Notes: generated by a model not told the origin, from the letters alone. DNA of 64,000 nucleotides from Bacteroidota bacterium (GCA_963169645.1 CAUJCO010000007.1:13803-77802), one strand, 5' to 3'; positions 36,096 through 46,632 are shown, counted from the first letter of the stretch. Program-made: numbers and translations.

Positions 36096-37376
36096 TTAAT
36101 TTTTAGAAAAAAGAGAAGAAATTTTGGTTTCTTTTCCTTTTAAACAAAATCCAATCAATATAAAAGGAATAGCAATGGAGCGATAACGTACGATTGCACC
36201 GGAATTATTTACGATTAATCCTATTAAAAATAAAATACTCAACCCAAATAGAATTGAAAATACAGCATACGGATTATTATAGATTGATTTTTTATTAGCT
36301 GTTATAATTAAAATCATCAAAACAAATAATAATAAATAATTTTCAATAGAAGCTAAATAAGCCCAGAATACATTACAATCCGAAGGCAAAGGACGAATAA
36401 ATGGATTAATAATTGCTTCCCAGAGTAACATCAAAACGCCTTGAATATTATGCGGTATTTCTGCCACTTGAAACGTCATGTTTCCGGGTGAGTTTAAAAA
36501 ATAAGTTCTTCTTACCATAAACTCATACACCAAGCTATGTTTATCTGAAAAATAATCAAACAACACTGCGGAAAATGTTAATCCAAAAGCGACCAATACA
36601 AATAAACGTATAGATGCTTTTACCGAATTATATCGTTTATATATTATTATTGCGCCCATAAATGGCAAAAGGAAAGCCAAAACATAAATACGCGTATAAC
36701 CCAACACGACTAATCCAAAAAACGAAAAAAACAAATGCCGTTTACTATAATCCATTTTTAGAATCTTATCTAAATTATAGAGTATAATTCCTAATGCAAA
36801 TATCACAATTGCTTCTTTATGAACACCGGATGTCCAAAATACTATAGATGGGATACCAAAGAGAATAAATTGAAGCATTTTTTTGCTATACACTTTATCT
36901 ACAAAAAACAAATACAATGTGTACGTTCCAATAAATGATAAAAATGCAAATACAATGGCATGAATATTATAAACACCCATCGAAAACAAACGAATTATAG
37001 CATTAATACGAACTAAAAAATAATTACTACTATCAAACCAAAAATGCATTGCATCAGTATATGGCAGTAAATAACTCGGAACCGGCGTGAAATCATTGAT
37101 TCCGATTGTTAATTTTAAATAGATAAAAGGATCAATTTTCAATGTTTGATAAACAATGTCGGCATCGTCAAAATACATAAATGTATCTCCACCGGAAAGC
37201 GTTCTACTTTTATATAAATAACCAAATAAAATAGCACTAATAACTTTAATTGCAAAGCCAACCAATAGTACTTTTTTACTTATTGTTGTTGAATTAAAGA
37301 ACCATTTACTATTGATAAGGAAGAATAACATTAACAATAGCAAAATAGGTGTTACTATTTCTTGAAAAATGTACAT
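36096..37376 (-). CDS. hypothetical polytopic membrane protein (10 or more TM)
   Basis: 426-aa, highly hydrophobic ORF with glycosyltransferase-C/polymerase-like topology. No family recognised. Confidence 0.55.
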   Translation of the reverse strand: MYIFQEIVTPILLLLMLFFLINSKWFFNSTTISKKVLLVGFAIKVISAILFGYLYKSRTLSGGDTFMYFDDADIVYQTLKIDPFIYLKLTIGINDFTPVPSYLLPYTDAMHFWFDSSNYFLVRINAIIRLFSMGVYNIHAIVFAFLSFIGTYTLYLFFVDKVYSKKMLQFILFGIPSIVFWTSGVHKEAIVIFALGIILYNLDKILKMDYSKRHLFFSFFGLVVLGYTRIYVLAFLLPFMGAIIIYKRYNSVKASIRLFVLVAFGLTFSAVLFDYFSDKHSLVYEFMVRRTYFLNSPGNMTFQVAEIPHNIQGVLMLLWEAIINPFIRPLPSDCNVFWAYLASIENYLLLFVLMILIITANKKSIYNNPYAVFSILFGLSILFLIGLIVNNSGAIVRYRSIAIPFILIGFCLKGKETKISSLFSKN

Positions 37377-37383
37377 TATGTGG

Positions 37384-37391
37384 CAAAAATA
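37384..37391 (-). promoter_or_regulatory. Bacteroidota -7 promoter box (TATTTTTG on minus strand)
   Basis: Exact TAnnTTTG, with its G 8 nt upstream of the ATG at 37376. Confidence 0.4.
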
Positions 37392-37445
37392 CGTTATTTA
37401 AAATTATTGATGAAAAAATAAAACCAACGGATGTTTTTTATTAAC

Positions 37446-37453
37446 TATTTTTG
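37446..37453 (+). promoter_or_regulatory. Bacteroidota -7 promoter box (TATTTTTG)
   Basis: Exact TAnnTTTG, with its G exactly 17 nt upstream of the purL ATG (37470). Confidence 0.5.
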
Positions 37454-37469
37454 CACATATTTTTAGCAA

Positions 37470-39695
37470 ATGTCAATCAAAGTACACCAACCAGCAGTTA
37501 ATGAAGAAACGGCAAAATCTCTCGGTTTATTGTCGGAAGAATACGAGAAAATTCAACAAATATTAGGCCGTATTCCAACTTTTACAGAACTCAGTGTCTA
37601 TGCTGTGATGTGGAGCGAACATTGCAGTTATAAGAATTCCATAAAGTATTTAAAAAAATTACCACGCAAAGGCAAAGCCTTACTAGTGGAAGCCGGAGAA
37701 GAAAATGCCGGATTGGTTGATATTGGCGATGGTTGGGCTTGTGCTTTTAAAATTGAATCACACAACCATCCGAGTGCGGTAGAACCGTTTCAAGGAGCAG
37801 CAACCGGCGTAGGTGGTATCTCTCGCGATATTTTTACTATGGGTGCCCGACCGATTGCTTCGCTCAATTCCTTACGTTTTGGAAACTTAGACAATAAACG
37901 AACACAGCATTTGCTTAAAGGTGTAGTTAAAGGAATTTCACATTATGGTAACTGTTTTGGAGTTCCTACTGTTGCCGGCGAAGTTTATTTTGACGATTGC
38001 TACCAAGTAAACCCATTGGTGAATGCAATGAGTGTTGGCATTGTAAAAGTTGGTGAAACTATTTCGGCTACTTCCGAAGGTGTCGGAAATCCAATTTACA
38101 TTGTTGGAGCATCTACCGGAAAAGATGGTATACATGGTGCAACATTTGCCTCAGAAGACTTAGGAGAAGATGCTGAAGACAAAATTCCTTCTGTGCAAGT
38201 TGGTGACCCATTTACAGAAAAACTTTTATTGGAAGCAACATTAGAAGTAATAAAAACAGGCGCTGTGGTGGGTATGCAAGATATGGGTGCAGCCGGTATT
38301 ACCTGCTCCACCAATGAGATGAGTGCCAAAGGCGAACACGGCATGAAAATTTGGTTGGATAAAGTGCCTACTCGACAAAAAAATATGCAGCCTTTTGAAA
38401 TTCTTTTATCTGAATCACAAGAGCGTATGTTAATTGTCGTACAAAAAGGAAAAGAGAAAGAAGTAGAAGCTGTATTTGAAAAATGGGATTTACATTGTGC
38501 AATTATTGGTGAAGTAACGGAAGGAAATTTGGTACAATATTACATGAACGACGAATTAGTTGCAGAAGTTCCTGCTGATACTTTAGTATTAGGAGGTGGC
38601 GCTCCGGTTTATGATCGTTCTTACAAACAACCTAGTTATCATTCAAAAAGAGATAATTTCAACATTAATACTATCTCATTACCAAATAATTATATTGAAA
38701 TAACTAAACAATTAATTCAAAATCCAAACATTGCTTCCAAACGTTTTATTTATAAACAATACGATTCTATGGTAGGCATTAATAATGCCAGTACTAACAA
38801 ACCGAGTGATGCAACAGTTATACGTTTAAAAGAAAGTAATAAAGGATTAGTCGTTACCGTAGATTGTAACTCGAGATACGTACATGCAGATGCCTACAAA
38901 GGTGGTGCAATTGCCGTTTCAGAAGCCGCAAGAAATATTGTATGTACCGGAGCAAAACCGGTTGCTATTACCAATTGCTTAAATTTTGGAAATCCATACG
39001 ATGAAGAAGTATATTGGAATTTTGTGCATGCTCTAAAAGGAATGGGCGATGCTTGTTTGAAATTTGATACACCGGTAACCGGTGGAAATGTTTCTTTCTA
39101 TAATCAATCACCGAATAGAGCCGTAAACCCAACACCAACTATTGGTATGTTAGGTTTAATTGACAATGTAGATGATGCCATGACGCTTCCTTTCAAAAAA
39201 GAAGGCGACATTATATATTTAATCGGAACATGTAGAAACGACATCTCCTCTTCGGAATATCTTGTGCACCATCATAAAGTAGAACTTTCACCGGCTCCAC
39301 ATTTCGATTTAGAAGAAGAAGCAACTATACAAAATGCCGTTACTAATTTGATACAAAATAAATTAATTGCATCTGCACACGACATAAGCGAAGGTGGTTT
39401 ATTTATTGCCGTTTTGGAAAGTGCAATGGCTGGAAACCTAGGTTTTGAAATCAATACAAATCCGGAAATACGAAAAGATGCGTATTTATTCGGTGAAGGT
39501 CAAAGCAGAGTAATTGTTTCTGTTGATGCAAATAAACAAACTCATTTTGAACAATTTATTCTAAAAAATAATATACCGTATAGCCTGATTGGTATCGTGA
39601 AAGGCAACGATGTTGTAGTTGACAACGAACGCTACGATTCGCTCGTAAATTACAAAGAATTATACGACACAGCTATCGAAAAATATTTTGTGTAA
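37470..39695 (+). CDS. purL: phosphoribosylformylglycinamidine synthase subunit PurL (small type)
   Basis: 741 aa with the [11 protein letters not shown] motif and duplicated AIRS/AIRS_C architecture. The purS and purQ partners are not in this window. Confidence 0.93.
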   Translation: MSIKVHQPAVNEETAKSLGLLSEEYEKIQQILGRIPTFTELSVYAVMWSEHCSYKNSIKYLKKLPRKGKALLVEAGEENAGLVDIGDGWACAFKIESHNHPSAVEPFQGAATGVGGISRDIFTMGARPIASLNSLRFGNLDNKRTQHLLKGVVKGISHYGNCFGVPTVAGEVYFDDCYQVNPLVNAMSVGIVKVGETISATSEGVGNPIYIVGASTGKDGIHGATFASEDLGEDAEDKIPSVQVGDPFTEKLLLEATLEVIKTGAVVGMQDMGAAGITCSTNEMSAKGEHGMKIWLDKVPTRQKNMQPFEILLSESQERMLIVVQKGKEKEVEAVFEKWDLHCAIIGEVTEGNLVQYYMNDELVAEVPADTLVLGGGAPVYDRSYKQPSYHSKRDNFNINTISLPNNYIEITKQLIQNPNIASKRFIYKQYDSMVGINNASTNKPSDATVIRLKESNKGLVVTVDCNSRYVHADAYKGGAIAVSEAARNIVCTGAKPVAITNCLNFGNPYDEEVYWNFVHALKGMGDACLKFDTPVTGGNVSFYNQSPNRAVNPTPTIGMLGLIDNVDDAMTLPFKKEGDIIYLIGTCRNDISSSEYLVHHHKVELSPAPHFDLEEEATIQNAVTNLIQNKLIASAHDISEGGLFIAVLESAMAGNLGFEINTNPEIRKDAYLFGEGQSRVIVSVDANKQTHFEQFILKNNIPYSLIGIVKGNDVVVDNERYDSLVNYKELYDTAIEKYFV

Positions 39696-39720
39696 AAAGC
39701 ATTAAAATTTGCATTTTCAG

Positions 39721-39743
39721 TTATTTCAATTCAATTGAAATAA
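39721..39743. terminator. AT-rich palindrome, possible purL terminator
   Basis: TTATTTCAATT-C-AATTGAAATAA with perfect 11-nt arms, 26 nt after the purL stop, followed by T-rich sequence. Confidence 0.4.
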
Positions 39744-39845
39744 AGTTATGTTTTCTATTTTTTGCTTAAAGTCAAATTCTTAACATTTATAAGTTAAGTT
39801 ACACACAAACAGGTATCTTGAAAGTAAAATGCCTGCTTACTGTTG

Positions 39846-39853
39846 TATATTTG
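39846..39853 (+). promoter_or_regulatory. Bacteroidota -7 promoter box (TATATTTG)
   Basis: Exact TAnnTTTG, with its G 28 nt upstream of the gcvP ATG (39881). Confidence 0.45.
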
Positions 39854-39880
39854 CACCTCAAACATTTAATTAAATCCATC

Positions 39881-42742
39881 ATGTATAACGAATTTCAAGC
39901 ACGACACATCGGGCCAGGAAAAAATGATTTAGAAGCCATGCTTCAAACAATAGGCGTATCTTCATTGGAACAATTAATTGAAGAAACGATTCCGCAGAAT
40001 ATTAAAATTAAGCACACTTTATCAATAGGTGAACCGCAAACAGAATATCAATATATTCAGCTTTTGAAAGAGAAAGCTGCAAAAAATAATGTTTGCAAAA
40101 ACTACATCGGATTAGGTTATTACAATACCATTGTTCCGGCGGTTATACAAAGAAATATATTTGAAAATCCGGGTTGGTACACTCAATATACACCTTACCA
40201 AGCCGAAATATCTCAAGGTCGATTAGAAGCATTACTGAATTATCAAACCATGATAAGCGACCTTACAGCGTTACCAATTGCCAATGCTTCATTGTTAGAT
40301 GAAGGAACAGCTGTTGCTGAAGCGATGCACGTATTTTTTGAAATTAGAAATAAATCAAAAAACAAACCCGCAGCACATAAAATTTTCATCGATAAAAATA
40401 CATTTCCTCAGACGATTGATGTTGTAAAAGGAAGAGCATTACCTTTAAATATTGAAGTGGTGGTGGATGATTATAAATCGTTTGAACCAACAGAAGAATT
40501 TTTCGCCGTAGTATTACAATATCCTAATGCGATTGGTGCTATCGAAGACTACAAAACATTTATTGAACAATGCAAAGCAAAAGAAATTTATAATGTTTTT
40601 GCATGTGATATTTTAAGTTTAGCCTTACTAACACCTCCGGGTGAATTAGGTGCTGACATTGCTGTTGGAAACTCGCAACGATTTGGTGTGCCTATGGGCT
40701 TTGGCGGTCCACACGCTGCATTTTTTGCTTGTAAAGAAGAGTTCGTACGTCTTATTCCGGGTCGATTAATTGGTGTGTCGGTTGACAAACACGGAAATCG
40801 TGCATTGCGAATGGCATTGCAAACAAGAGAGCAACATATAAAGAGAGAAAAAGCAACCTCTAATATTTGTACGGCACAAGCATTGTTAGCAATTATGGCA
40901 AGTATGTATGCTGTTTACCATGGAAAAGATGGTATCAAAAATATAGCATTAACAGTACACAATCGTGCCGTTGCATTAGCAAGTGAATTAAAAAAATTGG
41001 GTTTTGCTTGTCAAAATATTTATTTCTTTGACACACTTGTTATCGATGGTAAAGACAAAACTGCCAACATAAAATCTATTGCAGAGAAAAACAACATCAA
41101 CTTTTGGTACAATGAAAACAATACGATACAAATAAGTATTGATGAAACCATATCTCAAAATGATATTGAAAAAATAGCACAGATTTTTGCTGAAGCAATT
41201 GGTGCAAATTATGTATCTAATTATTTAGAAAATCCAGCATTACAAATTCCGGAGCAATTACAACGTAGTTCTGAATTTTTAACGCATGATGTATTTAATA
41301 CGTATCATTCAGAAACAGAGATGTTGCGTTATATAAAACGCTTAGAAGCAAAAGATTTATCGCTTTGCATTTCTATGATTCCATTAGGAAGTTGCACTAT
41401 GAAATTAAATGCAACAACAGAATTAATTCCATTAAGTTGGCCGGAATTTGCACATATTCATCCATTCCAGCCTAAAGAACAAGTTCAAGGTTATTTAGAA
41501 ATAATTAAAGAATTAGAAAATCAACTTTCTTCCATTACAGGATTTGCCGCTACATCCTTACAACCAAATTCCGGTGCACAAGGTGAATATGCCGGATTAA
41601 TGTTGATACGCGCATTTCATGTTGCCAATGGCGAACCGCATAGAAATGTAGCATTAATTCCAACATCAGCACACGGCACCAATCCGGCAAGTGCTGCAAT
41701 GGCGGGCATGCAAATTGTATTAGTAAAAACTACACCCGAAGGAAATATCGATGTACAAGATTTAAAAGATAAAGCAGCACAACACGCGAATGATTTATCT
41801 TGTTTGATGGTAACATATCCATCTACACACGGTGTGTTTGAAGAATCAATCATAGAAATTTGTAATACCATTCATCAATATGGTGGAAAAGTATATATGG
41901 ATGGTGCTAACATGAATGCCCAAGTAGGTTTAACGTCTCCGGCGACCATTGGAGCAGACGTAAATCATATCAATTTACATAAAACCTTTGCTATTCCGCA
42001 TGGCGGTGGTGGCCCCGGAATGGGACCTATTTGTTGCACGGCTGAATTAGCGCCATTCTTGCCGTCTAATCCAATTGTAGAAACAGGTGGAAACCAAGGT
42101 ATTCCGGCTATTTCAGCCGCACCTTTTGGCAGTGCTGCCATTTTATTGATTTCGTATGCTTATAATAAAATGTTAGGAACAGATGGTGTAACCAATGCAA
42201 CAAAATATGCTATTTTAAATGCTAATTACTTAAAAGCGAAATTGGAGAAACACTATCCAATTTTATATTCAGGAAGTAATAACCGTGTAGCACACGAGTT
42301 TATTATGGATATTCGTCCGTTTAAAAAAGAAACAGGTATAGATGCAGCAGATATCGCCAAACGTTTAATGGATTATGGTTACCACGCACCTACTGTTGCA
42401 TTTCCGGTTCCGGGAACTTTGATGATTGAGCCAACTGAAAGCGAAAGCAAAGCAGAATTAGATAAATTTTGCGAGGCATTAATTGCCATCAAACAAGAGT
42501 TAGATGATATTATCAATGGAAAAACAACACAGCAAGATAATCCAATTATCAATGCTCCGCATACCGCTACCGAAGCATTAGCCAATGAATGGAATCACCT
42601 ATACAGCAGAGAAACCGCAGTATTTCCATTAGAGTATGTTCGTCAAAATAAATTCTGGCCAAGTGTAGCTAAAATAGATAACACGTATGGCGACAGAAAT
42701 TTAGTATGCACTTGCTTACCTATAGAGCATTACGCTAAATAG
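39881..42742 (+). CDS. gcvP: glycine dehydrogenase (aminomethyl-transferring), single-chain P protein
   Basis: About 953 aa from the ATG at 39881 (MYNEFQARHIGP), with the PLP-Lys motif NLHKTFAIPHGGGGPG. The ORF-track extension to 39818 is not supported. Confidence 0.95.
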   Translation: MYNEFQARHIGPGKNDLEAMLQTIGVSSLEQLIEETIPQNIKIKHTLSIGEPQTEYQYIQLLKEKAAKNNVCKNYIGLGYYNTIVPAVIQRNIFENPGWYTQYTPYQAEISQGRLEALLNYQTMISDLTALPIANASLLDEGTAVAEAMHVFFEIRNKSKNKPAAHKIFIDKNTFPQTIDVVKGRALPLNIEVVVDDYKSFEPTEEFFAVVLQYPNAIGAIEDYKTFIEQCKAKEIYNVFACDILSLALLTPPGELGADIAVGNSQRFGVPMGFGGPHAAFFACKEEFVRLIPGRLIGVSVDKHGNRALRMALQTREQHIKREKATSNICTAQALLAIMASMYAVYHGKDGIKNIALTVHNRAVALASELKKLGFACQNIYFFDTLVIDGKDKTANIKSIAEKNNINFWYNENNTIQISIDETISQNDIEKIAQIFAEAIGANYVSNYLENPALQIPEQLQRSSEFLTHDVFNTYHSETEMLRYIKRLEAKDLSLCISMIPLGSCTMKLNATTELIPLSWPEFAHIHPFQPKEQVQGYLEIIKELENQLSSITGFAATSLQPNSGAQGEYAGLMLIRAFHVANGEPHRNVALIPTSAHGTNPASAAMAGMQIVLVKTTPEGNIDVQDLKDKAAQHANDLSCLMVTYPSTHGVFEESIIEICNTIHQYGGKVYMDGANMNAQVGLTSPATIGADVNHINLHKTFAIPHGGGGPGMGPICCTAELAPFLPSNPIVETGGNQGIPAISAAPFGSAAILLISYAYNKMLGTDGVTNATKYAILNANYLKAKLEKHYPILYSGSNNRVAHEFIMDIRPFKKETGIDAADIAKRLMDYGYHAPTVAFPVPGTLMIEPTESESKAELDKFCEALIAIKQELDDIINGKTTQQDNPIINAPHTATEALANEWNHLYSRETAVFPLEYVRQNKFWPSVAKIDNTYGDRNLVCTCLPIEHYAK

Positions 42743-42762
42743 GCATAAAAAAAGATAAAAAA

Positions 42763-42812
42763 TCACATTTAAATGTGACGTTTTAGGTGAAAAAACCACC
42801 ATAAAACGTCAC
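42763..42812. terminator. overlapping hairpins just after the gcvP stop (terminator candidates)
   Basis: Palindrome TCACATTT/AAATGTGA (42763..42778) followed by CGTTTT. It overlaps a 15-bp, one-bulge hairpin GTGACGTTTTAGGTG-AAAAAAC-CACCATAAAACGTCAC (42775..42812). Confidence 0.4.
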
Positions 42813-43097
42813 AATTTACATTAATAAAAACTGTTATTCGTATTGATTATCAAGTGATTGAGTATTTAATATTTTATTTATTATGTCACCTAAAAAATAT
42901 TTCTGATAATTTACTTGACAAATAAATGCACATCTTTGTATTAGATAAGAAGTAAGAACACTTATCGGGGAACTAAACTAACAAAAATAAGATTTCATAA
43001 AAACCCAAATGTGAAACTAACTATTTCTTTGAAAGCGATTTCTTACAAAATTATTTAACAATGTATTGGCTGAAATGCTAATAGATATGATTTAGAC

Positions 43098-43133
43098 AAA
43101 AAAAAATCGGGTCTTGCATTGCACAAAACCCGA
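43098..43133 (-). terminator. terminator-like hairpin on minus strand
   Basis: A9 (plus strand) then TCGGGT-N15-ACCCGA. On the minus strand this is a 6-bp GC-rich stem followed by T9. No minus-strand gene lies upstream of it. Confidence 0.35.
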
Positions 43134-43169
43134 CAGACCTAAAGTCTAGAAACATAAAAACCCTATCAC

Positions 43170-43220
43170 AAAGTTAAACAGATTTTTGTATTTTGCAACT
43201 ATCTGTTTAACTTTTTTTTT
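43170..43220 (+). terminator. strong rho-independent terminator with no upstream CDS
   Basis: GTTAAACAGAT-N17-ATCTGTTTAAC with perfect 11-bp arms (14 bp counting flanking A:T pairs), followed by T9. It lies 70 nt upstream of the mltG ATG and about 430 nt after the gcvP stop. Confidence 0.6.
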
Positions 43221-43289
43221 GATTCACCTCAAATTTTTTAAGAAGTAAAAAATAGATATTTGATTATCAATTAATTACGTCATCCATTT

Positions 43290-44327
43290 ATGAGAAAAAA
43301 AATTTCAATCTTTTTACTTTTTTTTACGATTCTATGCCTAATTGGGTTCATTTTATCTTACAGTTTACTTTTTAAAGACAATATTGTTGATGCAAAATCA
43401 AAAAAAGAACAAGTATTTTTCATCCATACAGGTGCTACTTTTACAGATGTGGTTTCGTCATTAAAAAAGCAACATATTTTAAAAAATATAGAAACATTTA
43501 AATGGGTTGCTAAAAGAATACATTACGATAAAAACATAAAACCAGGTAGATATACTTTTAGTAACAATTCCGGAAATTTATTTATAATACGAAAACTATA
43601 TTCCGGCAGTCAAACTACGGTAAAAATTACGTTTAATAACATTCAAAATAAAGAGCAATTTGCCGAGAAAATTTCAAAACAAATTGAAGCAAGCAAAAGC
43701 GAACTATTGCAGGAATTTAATAATCCAAAACTATTGGATTCATTGCATTTGACAGAAGAAAATTTTCCTACTATCTTCTTATCCAATACCTACGAATTTT
43801 ATTGGAATACAACTGCTGCAGCATTTATTGAACGTATGCTGAAAGAATATACCAAATTTTGGAACGAAGATAGAAGAGAAAAAGCCAATGAAATAGGCTT
43901 ATCTCCGACTAATGTAACCATACTAGCATCTATCATACAAAAAGAAAGTTCAAAGTATGATGAGTACCCAACCATTGCCGGTGTTTATTTAAATAGGCTA
44001 AAAATAGATATGCCGTTACAAGCTGATCCAACGGTATTATTTGCTTTAAAAAAATTGGGCGTAAGTAGAAGAGTATTACATGGTGATTTAAAAATTAAAT
44101 CACCTTACAACACGTATATAAATAAAGGCTTGCCACCCGGACCAATTTGTTTGCCGGAATTAAAGAGTATAGATGAAACATTAAATGCCGAAAAACATAA
44201 TTATATTTATTTTTGTGCAAAAGAAGACTTTTCAGGATATCATAATTTTGCAGCTACTTGGGCAGAACATCAAGTGAATGCGCGTAAATACCAACAAGCA
44301 TTGAATGAAAGCAATATAAATAGATAA
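43290..44327 (+). CDS. mltG: endolytic transglycosylase MltG (YceG-like)
   Basis: N-terminal TM anchor and the motifs ASIIQKES, LQADPTV and YNTYINKGLPPGPI. Confidence 0.9.
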   Translation: MRKKISIFLLFFTILCLIGFILSYSLLFKDNIVDAKSKKEQVFFIHTGATFTDVVSSLKKQHILKNIETFKWVAKRIHYDKNIKPGRYTFSNNSGNLFIIRKLYSGSQTTVKITFNNIQNKEQFAEKISKQIEASKSELLQEFNNPKLLDSLHLTEENFPTIFLSNTYEFYWNTTAAAFIERMLKEYTKFWNEDRREKANEIGLSPTNVTILASIIQKESSKYDEYPTIAGVYLNRLKIDMPLQADPTVLFALKKLGVSRRVLHGDLKIKSPYNTYINKGLPPGPICLPELKSIDETLNAEKHNYIYFCAKEDFSGYHNFAATWAEHQVNARKYQQALNESNINR

Positions 44328-44332
44328 TAATT

Positions 44333-45310
44333 TTGGCGTCAATAAAACATACCTCAGAAAAATACAAACGCTTAATCCGCTCTGAACGTTTTCAAGAAAA
44401 AATGAAACGTATAACTATTCCAGGATTTGAAGGCGTTCCGGTATATGACGTAGTTCAATTATTTAGAGAAGAAGTCAAAAAAGATGATTTATCTATTCGT
44501 GCGTCTTCCATTTCTTTTTATTTTATTTTGGCATTATTACCGAGTATTATTTTCTTCTTTTCATTAATACCATACATTCCTATAGAAAATTTTAGTGATA
44601 AAATTATGATTGGATTACAAAGCATTTTACCTAAAGGTGCTTACCTCATTCTTGAATCAACAATACGCGATATGGTGAGCCGCCAACATGGCGGAATTTT
44701 ATCGATCAACTTTTTTTTAGCCATGTTTGTTGCTTCGAATGGTGTTAATTCCATGATGAAAGCGTTTGACAAAATGAATCAAACATTTAAAGAAAGAAAT
44801 TGGTGGCAAAAAAGAATAGCAGCTATTCGCATTTTGGTATTGGTCTGCTCACAAATTATTATTGCAGTTTTACTTATCATTAAAGGCAAAGAATTATTGG
44901 AATATATTTTGCATGTATTGCAAACTAAAAACACAGTAACCTACATTATTTTAAGTATTGTAAAAGGAATTCTTATCGTATTTAGTTTCTTTAATATTAT
45001 TGCATTGATTTATTACTTCGGACCATCTGTAAAGAAAAAATACAGATACTTTTCAGCAGGTGCAACATTTGCTACATTGTTTTCAATTGTAATGACCTAT
45101 GGATTTCAAATTTATGCATCTTATTTAAACAACTTCAACCGTTTGTTTGGTTCATTAGGTATTATGGTTGTAATTATGATGTTGATTTATTTGAATGCAT
45201 TAGTATTATTATTTGGATTTGAATTAAACAACAGCATTGCCGTAAATAAAGCATTGCGCAATGAAAATTTAAATGTAGATAATACAATTAAAAACGAATC
45301 TGAAATTTAA
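44333..45310 (+). CDS. YihY/BrkB (ribonuclease BN-like) family membrane protein
   Basis: Six TM helices and the RASSISFYFILALLPS motif. The start is TTG at 44333. The alternative ATG at 44402 would truncate the N-terminal region that precedes ITIPGFEG. Confidence 0.8.
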   Translation: MASIKHTSEKYKRLIRSERFQEKMKRITIPGFEGVPVYDVVQLFREEVKKDDLSIRASSISFYFILALLPSIIFFFSLIPYIPIENFSDKIMIGLQSILPKGAYLILESTIRDMVSRQHGGILSINFFLAMFVASNGVNSMMKAFDKMNQTFKERNWWQKRIAAIRILVLVCSQIIIAVLLIIKGKELLEYILHVLQTKNTVTYIILSIVKGILIVFSFFNIIALIYYFGPSVKKKYRYFSAGATFATLFSIVMTYGFQIYASYLNNFNRLFGSLGIMVVIMMLIYLNALVLLFGFELNNSIAVNKALRNENLNVDNTIKNESEI

Positions 45311-46083
45311 TCTTCAAACCTTAAATGTTTGATAGTGGTAGTTCTGTTCATTAATTGTTTTAAGGAATCAATTCCAATTTGCAAATGTAATTCAACATAG
45401 TTTTTAGTTACTTTATTATCACTTTCTTCTGTTTTCACGCCTTCCGGAATCATCGGTTGATCGGAAACCAAAAGTAATGCACCTACAGGAATTTCGTTGG
45501 CAAATGCAACCGAGAATATTGTTGCCGTTTCCATATCTATTGCCATTGCACGTAGTGTGCGTAAATATTCTTTAAACGTATCATCGTGTTCCCAAACACG
45601 TCTGTTCGTCGTATATACAGTGCCCGTCCAATAATCTTGTTGATGTTCGCGGATAGTAGTAGAAATGGCTTTTTGCAAGGCAAACGAAGGCAAGGCCGGA
45701 ACTTCTGCCGGAAAATAATCATTAGATGTACCATCGCCACGTATGGCAGCTATAGGTAAAACAAAATCACCAATTTCATTCTTCTTTTTCAAGCCACCAC
45801 ACTTACCTAAAAACAATGCAGCATGTGGTTTTATAGCAGATAATAAATCCATCACCGTAGCTGCTAATGGACTACCCATACCGAAATTAATGATTGTAAT
45901 ATTATTGGCGGTGGCACTTGGCATCGGCTTATCCATACCTACCACTTCCACCTTATTCCATTCTGCAAAAAGCTGAATATATTTTGAAAAATTAGTAAGT
46001 ATAATATACTCACCAAATTCGTGCAATTCTCTTCCGGTATATCTTGGCAACCAATTTTTTACAATCTCATCTTTACTTTTCAT
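45307..46083 (-). CDS. amn: AMP nucleosidase, short (catalytic-domain-only) form / PNP-UDP family
   Basis: 258 aa with the nucleoside-phosphorylase fold pattern (INFGMGSPLAATVMDLL, DMETATIF). It resembles the short AMP nucleosidase form of Bacteroidota. As I recall, E. coli Amn has an additional N-terminal domain. Confidence 0.65.
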   Translation of the reverse strand: MKSKDEIVKNWLPRYTGRELHEFGEYIILTNFSKYIQLFAEWNKVEVVGMDKPMPSATANNITIINFGMGSPLAATVMDLLSAIKPHAALFLGKCGGLKKKNEIGDFVLPIAAIRGDGTSNDYFPAEVPALPSFALQKAISTTIREHQQDYWTGTVYTTNRRVWEHDDTFKEYLRTLRAMAIDMETATIFSVAFANEIPVGALLLVSDQPMIPEGVKTEESDNKVTKNYVELHLQIGIDSLKQLMNRTTTIKHLRFED

Positions 46084-46095
46084 GCATGGATTTTA

Positions 46096-46479
46096 TTAAT
46101 ACATAATATTTTTCTTGCTTAAATCAAAGTTGATAGGCAATATCACCATATCTTTTTTGTTAGCTCCATTTTGTGAAGCCGGTGTCCATTTGGGCATTGT
46201 TTTTACCAATCGTAAGGCTTCGTTATCTAATACTAATTTTGTTGACTTCACTACACGAATATTACTAATACTGCCATCTTCATTTACAGTAAAACCAATT
46301 AAAGTAGTGCCAGCCCATTTTTGTTTTTGAGCCTCTTCCGGATATTTTAAATTATTGTCTAAGAATTTTGCTAATGCAGTATTTCCTCCCGGAAATTGTG
46401 CTTTTACTTCATCTTCCGGATTACCAAATAATTGAATGCTTACAAAAAGTAAAAGCAATATCGACGTCCATTTTTTCAT
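46096..46479 (-). CDS. secreted TonB C-terminal domain protein
   Basis: Signal peptide, followed by AQFPGGNTALAKFLDNNLKYPEEAQ...GTTLIGFTVNEDGSISNIRVVKS...LDNEALRLVKTMPKWTPA, the TonB_C pattern. Confidence 0.7.
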   Translation of the reverse strand: MKKWTSILLLLFVSIQLFGNPEDEVKAQFPGGNTALAKFLDNNLKYPEEAQKQKWAGTTLIGFTVNEDGSISNIRVVKSTKLVLDNEALRLVKTMPKWTPASQNGANKKDMVILPINFDLSKKNIMY

Positions 46480-46632
46480 CTTATTAAATTTTAATGTTTC
46501 TTAAAATAGATAACAAGTAAAAATAAACGATACCAATAATTGCATCCTTCACAAGATATCCATAGATGTGCATAACCACTTGAATAATAAGATTTCAATA
46601 CAATGAATTAAAAGTAAAAATGAAACAATGAA

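Noticed and set aside
39696-39880. Looked for a glycine riboswitch or other leader RNA upstream of gcvP
   Set aside because: None of the conserved glycine-riboswitch core elements is visible. The region contains only an AT-rich palindrome (probable purL terminator) and a -7 promoter box 28 nt from the ATG.
43224-43233. TCACCTC word resembling the 3-prime end of 16S rRNA, and the complementary AGGTGA at 42785 resembling a Shine-Dalgarno
   Set aside because: No start codon follows AGGTGA at a usable distance and no rRNA context is present. The word is treated only as a repeated word (see finding).
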